Shown piece by piece: positions 43,125 to 48,266 of a stretch of 48,266 bases of DNA. The notes below the pieces were generated by a model. That model was not told the origin of the DNA, made no database searches, and worked only from the letters and a program-made list of their open reading frames with translations. The stretch's first letter is position 1; every line of letters begins with the position of its first letter. This DNA comes from a virus (lineage: Duplodnaviria > Heunggongvirae > Uroviricota > Caudoviricetes): the IMG/VR virus record IMGVR_UViG_3300009180_002437. One strand, written 5' to 3'. Both the position numbers and the translations under genes were made by a program.

Positions 43125-43236
43125 ATCACTATTTATTAGAAATAAATTATTTTTAATAAAATAGCATAGCTAAATAGTTTTATCAGTCAATCAGAATACT
43201 ACTGTATTTTGCATTCATAAATTAATTTACACAACA

Positions 43237-44181
43237 ATGAACAAAATAATTAGAATACAACAACCCGATACCGCACCCATGCATCTTACATGGATGATTA
43301 ATAATATATGCACTAACCATTGCAGCTATTGCCCTCCAAACTTACACGAAGGTAAAAATCACTATTATGAGTGGGAGAACGCTCAACGTTTTTTTAAAAT
43401 GCTGTTTGAAAGATACCCAAGGATTCATTGTAGTGTTAGTGGTGGAGAGCCCAGTCTAAGTCCATTCTTTCCAGATATCTGTAAATTGTTTTACGAAGCA
43501 GGGCATACTATAGGTCTAACATCAAATGCAGCTAAACCAGCTAGCTATTGGCGAGACATTGCGCCTTACTTGGATTATATTAGTTTCTCATGGCATCCTG
43601 AATTTCCTGATAAAAACTTTTTAGAAAAAGTGGTGGCGGCAGCTAGACAAATTTTAGTCACAGTTCGTGTAATGATGTTGCCAAGTAAGTGGGAAGAAAG
43701 CATAGCTATGTTCAATGAAGCATCTGCACGTTGGGAATTTATTACCGAACCAGTAAAAATTATACCATATAACGATACTGACCCTAATGCTTCCGTATAT
43801 ACAGAAGAACAGTTAGCATGGTTTAATGATAATCATGGGAATCAAAAAGAACGTAGCTTAAGACATCTTATGCCAATTATGCCGGCGAATATAATGGCAA
43901 ACTATCACTTTGATGATGGAACTGTAGTACATGATGCTAACGCTAGCGATTGGGTTAATCGTGGATTTACTAACTTCAATGGATACAAATGTGAGATTGG
44001 ATTAAAATCATTATTTGTACGACCCAATGGAATAATATATCTAGGTAATTGCTTAGTTGGAGGCAAGATTGGTAACATTAACAAACCTGAAAAAATTATG
44101 TGGCCAACTGATAATATTAAATGCAACATTGACATATGTAGTTGTTCCAGTGATGTAAATATAAACAAGTGGATTGAATGA
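43237..44181 (+). CDS. radical SAM protein with C-terminal Cys cluster
   Basis: NICTNHCSYCP, SGGEP, TSN, CEIG...GNC...CNIDICSCSSD. Confidence 0.88.
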   Translation: MNKIIRIQQPDTAPMHLTWMINNICTNHCSYCPPNLHEGKNHYYEWENAQRFFKMLFERYPRIHCSVSGGEPSLSPFFPDICKLFYEAGHTIGLTSNAAKPASYWRDIAPYLDYISFSWHPEFPDKNFLEKVVAAARQILVTVRVMMLPSKWEESIAMFNEASARWEFITEPVKIIPYNDTDPNASVYTEEQLAWFNDNHGNQKERSLRHLMPIMPANIMANYHFDDGTVVHDANASDWVNRGFTNFNGYKCEIGLKSLFVRPNGIIYLGNCLVGGKIGNINKPEKIMWPTDNIKCNIDICSCSSDVNINKWIE

Positions 44182-45134
44182 ACAAAATAATTAGAATAGA
44201 GCAACCAAGTAATGCTCCGCTGAATCTAACATGGATCATTAATAATATATGCACAAACCATTGCTCATACTGTGCTACAAACTTACACATGGGAAAAAAT
44301 CATAATTACGAATGGGCAAATGCACTCAGATTTTTCGAAATGTTGTTTGAAAAATATCCTAGAATACATTGTAGTGTTAGTGGCGGTGAACCAAGTGTTA
44401 GTCCATTCTTTCCTGAAATTTGTAAACTATTTTACGAGCGTGGACATACTATTGGTGTAACAACTAATCTAGCAAAACCTGTGAGATACTGGAAAGAATT
44501 GGCAGCATATTTAAATTACGCATCAATATCATGGCATTCGCAATTTGTTGATATAAACTTCTTAGAAAAAACACTAGCTGTTGCGGATCTAATACCAACT
44601 AATGTTCGTATATTAATGCTGCCTGGACAATGGGATCAATGTGTGGCAGCATACGATAAGTTATCTAAAATAGATAAATTTACAACAGAACCAGTGATGA
44701 TTCAAGATAAAAGAGGCATGGATACAAGTGCTCATGTGTATAATATTCCACAACAAATATGGTTTGAGCAAAACAGACCGTCTAACAAAGATAAGATGCT
44801 GCATTTGAATCGTAAAGATGTTCCTGGATTAGGTTTAGGTGCTAAGTATTTCTTTCAGGATGGCACGAGTGTAGAAAATGCTAACACCACTGATTTAATA
44901 AACAGTGGGTTGACACACTTTAAAGATTATGACTGTGAAATCGGGTTAAAATCATTGTATATTGACTACAATGGAACAGTATTTGCTGGCAATTGCTGTG
45001 TTGGAGGTCCATTGGGCTCAATCAATGATCCAGAGAGCATAACATGGGCAACACAGCCTATCAAATGTACTGTAAATTTATGCCATTGTGACACTGATGT
45101 TTCTATCAATAAAAGGATTGGTAATGTTTTGTAA
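44178..45134 (+). CDS. radical SAM protein, tandem paralog of 43237-44181
   Basis: NICTNHCSYCA; long identical blocks (YPRIHCSVSGGEPS.SPFFP.ICKLFYE.GHTIG). Confidence 0.88.
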   Translation: MNKIIRIEQPSNAPLNLTWIINNICTNHCSYCATNLHMGKNHNYEWANALRFFEMLFEKYPRIHCSVSGGEPSVSPFFPEICKLFYERGHTIGVTTNLAKPVRYWKELAAYLNYASISWHSQFVDINFLEKTLAVADLIPTNVRILMLPGQWDQCVAAYDKLSKIDKFTTEPVMIQDKRGMDTSAHVYNIPQQIWFEQNRPSNKDKMLHLNRKDVPGLGLGAKYFFQDGTSVENANTTDLINSGLTHFKDYDCEIGLKSLYIDYNGTVFAGNCCVGGPLGSINDPESITWATQPIKCTVNLCHCDTDVSINKRIGNVL

Positions 45135-46272
45135 ATTTTTATCCAATACTTATCACTTTACTTATGACAATGTAAAACCATGCTGTTGGATTAAACACAC
45201 TCCTGAAACTCAAATTAATATTCTTGATTCAGATATTACTGGAAAACTAAAAACTATAAGACAAGTAGATGATTGGATACCAGAATGCAGTTACTGCCAT
45301 GATTTAGAGTTAGCAGGTACAAAATCTCCAAGAAATGCTGCAGAACGAGAAGGAATATTCAATAACGATGATGTATTAGGAGATGCTATTAAAGTTGAAT
45401 TACAATTAGATGATGATTGCAATGCCGCATGCCTAATGTGCGGAACTTGGAATAGCACTACTTGGCAACAGTACGAAACAAAAACTCTTAAGAGTAAAAT
45501 GCCATCGTATCGTTGGAAAACTACTATCGAAGAAAGAATTAATGCTGTTAATAATATAATTGACTTTGATAAAACAAAGCAAGTTCATTTTTTTGGCGGA
45601 GAACCATTTAATAGTGATACACAACTGAAAATGTTGCGGTTGATAAATTATCCTGAGAATGTCAATCTTGTGTATACAACAAATGGCAGTGTATTTCCAT
45701 GTGCCGAAACATGGGCACTATGGAAAAATTTTAAAAATGTTCACATAGGAATTAGTATAGATGGAGTAGGAGAACAATTTAACTATCTAAGATGGCCGTT
45801 ACAGTGGCATCAAGTTGAAAATAATTTGATAAAATATATTAACGCAAACTATAAAAATATTACGCTGAATACTAGTTTTACAGCAACGCCATTTAACATA
45901 TGGTATATAGACAAATATTCTGAATGGGCAACACAATTTTCAAAAAAATATAATTCTAATAGTACAAAACTAACAAGCTGGTTCAGTAATCCTCAACCAG
46001 TAGTAGGTGATCATATAGATATGACTTGCATTCCGCCAAAGCTACAGAATGTCGTCAAATCTAAGTACGGCGCAGACAGTAGAATTGTTAAAATAATAGG
46101 AGAATTTGATTTACAAAAATGCTTGCATATGATTAACTATGCACAATTTCATGATAGACATAGAAAATTAAATTGGAAAGAAACTTTTCCAGAAATTGTT
46201 GAGTTTTTTGATATGGATAAACTTTCCCCAGTATCAAAAAAATTCTGGGAGATAAAACGTGAATTACCCTGA
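45124..46272 (+). CDS. radical SAM protein with N-terminal twitch-like domain
   Basis: MFCK...PCC...CSYC; DDDCNAACLMC; FFGGEP; YTTNG; SIDG. Confidence 0.85.
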   Translation: MFCKFLSNTYHFTYDNVKPCCWIKHTPETQINILDSDITGKLKTIRQVDDWIPECSYCHDLELAGTKSPRNAAEREGIFNNDDVLGDAIKVELQLDDDCNAACLMCGTWNSTTWQQYETKTLKSKMPSYRWKTTIEERINAVNNIIDFDKTKQVHFFGGEPFNSDTQLKMLRLINYPENVNLVYTTNGSVFPCAETWALWKNFKNVHIGISIDGVGEQFNYLRWPLQWHQVENNLIKYINANYKNITLNTSFTATPFNIWYIDKYSEWATQFSKKYNSNSTKLTSWFSNPQPVVGDHIDMTCIPPKLQNVVKSKYGADSRIVKIIGEFDLQKCLHMINYAQFHDRHRKLNWKETFPEIVEFFDMDKLSPVSKKFWEIKRELP

Positions 46273-46921
46273 AGAATTACTCGCATTTTACAACCAAAAC
46301 AAAGACTTCTCAAATCCAACATACACTAACTTTCAAGAATCACATGATGATCCAGAATGTACGTATTACCCTATCAAATTTGACTTTGATACTGCGCTAT
46401 TATTAACAGAGTGCCAGTCAGTGGATGATTTATATTTCAATCATCGTGGACAAGACAAGAAAAAAGGCTATGGACATGAAGGTTGGCAAAGTCTAACGCT
46501 ACATGGTATTGACAAACACAAGACAGAGCATTATACTAAGTATGGGTTTACCAGTGCAACAGACGCTGGATATCATTGGACCGATGCGTGTGAGCGTGTA
46601 CCTAACTTATACAAATTTTTAAGTAGTTTACCATTTACAGAATTTGATCGTGTACGTATTATGCGACTTGCGCCAGGTGGATATATTATGCCGCATAGTG
46701 ATAATAAATTTGAAAGAGCATTTAGTCCATTAAATATTGCTATCAATAATCCAGAGGGATGTCATTTTGTTTTTAAAAATAAAGGTATAGTACCGTTTGA
46801 GCCTGGCACTGGATTAGTGTTAGATGTTGGAACAGAACATATTGTTATTAATAACAGCAATGAAGTTAGATACCATGTGATTGTACATGGCAATTACGAT
46901 AAAGGGTTTTACAGTTTATGA
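46259..46921 (+). CDS. Asp/Asn beta-hydroxylase-like 2OG-Fe(II) oxygenase
   Basis: RVRIMRLAPGGYIMPHSD, LNIAINNP, EHIV...RYHVIVH. Confidence 0.8.
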   Translation: MNYPEELLAFYNQNKDFSNPTYTNFQESHDDPECTYYPIKFDFDTALLLTECQSVDDLYFNHRGQDKKKGYGHEGWQSLTLHGIDKHKTEHYTKYGFTSATDAGYHWTDACERVPNLYKFLSSLPFTEFDRVRIMRLAPGGYIMPHSDNKFERAFSPLNIAINNPEGCHFVFKNKGIVPFEPGTGLVLDVGTEHIVINNSNEVRYHVIVHGNYDKGFYSL

Positions 46922-48266
46922 ATGTAGTATATACAAGACGATTTTTTGAAGGTAAGAAAGTAAAATTTGCTGTTGTTGATGAAGCAAAGGTTGCTGAAAA
47001 GCATACTGAACTGTTTAACAAAGTTCGTGACTTAACTTTTTCACTAACCTCAAGAATGATAACTCCTATTGTTGAAGGTAAAGTTATGTTTTATAACACC
47101 ATTGATGACGCAATGAATGATAGTTTGGATTTTGATTTAATATTCATTCAATCAGTTGGCAACCTAATTAAAAGCAATATACTACTAGAACAAATTGAAA
47201 AGTATAGCATAGACAATCCAGATTTTTTTACATTGGCATTTACATTAGATTGGCAAAGTGAGAAAGGCACCGGGTGGGTTGAAATACATCATCAAATGAT
47301 GTTTGTTAATATCAACAAATGGAAAGAAATAGGATCTCCTAAATTTGGCGGGTGGGACACAGTAACAGAAGAACTTCCTAACTATATACGCTCAGAAGAA
47401 AACTTTCATGATCGCTATACACCATATTGGATGAAAGGTGCTGAAGGAACAACAGTAGGCACCAGAACTAGCCAAGGATATGGATTTCTTAAAGCTGCGT
47501 TTGCCAATGGTGTCAAGATAGACAACTTTACTGATGAAATGCGTAAATGTAGATTGTTTATATATCCTGAATCAGATACAGATAATCTATATGACGCATT
47601 TATAAAACGAAATACAAAGTTAGTGTCAAACTCTAATCAAAAAAAATGGATAAAAACATTCAAACTTGCTCCTACTATTTGGGTATATAATAGTGAACGC
47701 TATTACTTTCATGGTAATAAAAAGTGTGATACTTACTTTGGCACAGCATCGGGATTTAAGTATCTTGATATATTAAATGGAAATGATAATGTGAAATTTG
47801 TGTTTTATGACTTTCATGAGAAATCACTTGATTGGATCAAACAACTTAAAGAAACTTGGGATGGCAATGATTTTCCAGCGTATCTAGAAAAACAGTCAGA
47901 TGACTTTAAGCAATACTACAAATACATCAATGGTAGCGTTGAAGAAAATCAAAGATTGTTGTTTTCAGACTTCGGTAGTGAAGAACAGTTTAAGGAACTA
48001 TGGAATAGATTTAAGACATGTGATGTTGAGTATGTAAAATGTAATTTATTTGAACTTGACGAAGTTAAAAGTTTGTTGACTAAGACTGTAGGAGACACTC
48101 CGTTCTTTTTTTACAGTAACATATTTGCCACTGACTATACCATAATAAATTTTACACTAGAAGAAATAACCAAAAAATACAATGACTTTTTAGATGCGAT
48201 TTTTTCAGCATATCCCTCAGCTATCACGAATGGCAGTACTCAATTAGGTGATTGGGTAGAATATAC
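46918..48266 (+). CDS. partial hypothetical protein (runs off the window)
   Basis: ATGA-coupled start at 46918 (MNVVYTRRFF...); frame read open to base 48266. Confidence 0.8.
   Translation, partial: MNVVYTRRFFEGKKVKFAVVDEAKVAEKHTELFNKVRDLTFSLTSRMITPIVEGKVMFYNTIDDAMNDSLDFDLIFIQSVGNLIKSNILLEQIEKYSIDNPDFFTLAFTLDWQSEKGTGWVEIHHQMMFVNINKWKEIGSPKFGGWDTVTEELPNYIRSEENFHDRYTPYWMKGAEGTTVGTRTSQGYGFLKAAFANGVKIDNFTDEMRKCRLFIYPESDTDNLYDAFIKRNTKLVSNSNQKKWIKTFKLAPTIWVYNSERYYFHGNKKCDTYFGTASGFKYLDILNGNDNVKFVFYDFHEKSLDWIKQLKETWDGNDFPAYLEKQSDDFKQYYKYINGSVEENQRLLFSDFGSEEQFKELWNRFKTCDVEYVKCNLFELDEVKSLLTKTVGDTPFFFYSNIFATDYTIINFTLEEITKKYNDFLDAIFSAYPSAITNGSTQLGDWVEY

Noticed and set aside
770-45123. Longer starts given in the ORF track (770, 11575, 15024, 20589, 27603, 30132, 30942, 35342, 36759, 45088)
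   Set aside because: They overlap upstream genes or tRNAs; downstream ATGs have RBS, TAAATA or stop-start coupling and match paralog N-termini.
16139-45624. Numerous 60-150 aa antisense or alternate-frame ORFs inside long genes
   Set aside because: They are shadows of well-supported genes with no motifs or expression signals.
1-48266. Genome-wide stop-codon reassignment (UGA or UAG)
   Set aside because: Many genes end in TGA or TAG with tight ATGA coupling, standard-code ORFs tile the window, and no CTA/TCA/TTA-anticodon tRNA was found. Only one in-frame TGA was seen.

Overview
This is a 48-kb segment of a large tailed dsDNA phage genome (jumbo/T4-superfamily-like, with TAAATA late-type promoters and near-consensus sigma70 promoters). 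The left third is a translation-support island. It carries 25 of the window's 27 CCA-encoding tRNAs (together covering all 20 amino acids), one aberrant tRNA-like gene, and a permuted two-piece tmRNA whose acceptor piece appears interrupted by a GIY-YIG endonuclease gene. It also has an attenuator-like leader peptide plus terminator, a ~700-nt ORF-free highly structured RNA bracketed by a family of conserved long hairpins, two smaller orphan structured RNAs, and an RNAP omega-like protein. The rest is dominated by tailoring enzymes with no scaffold synthase: 7 radical SAM genes (two B12-type, and one with an in-frame TGA exactly at the second Cys of CxxxCxxC), 9 2OG-Fe(II)/cupin oxygenases, 3 PP-loop enzymes, GNATs, an FkbM methyltransferase, a carbamoyltransferase, an epimerase and a fatty-acid desaturase. 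Core-type genes include two AAA ATPases, a VWA/metallopeptidase, ThyX, a MazG-like protein and a metallophosphoesterase. All family and RNA-structure calls are by eye from motifs and complementarity; no searches or folding programs were run.
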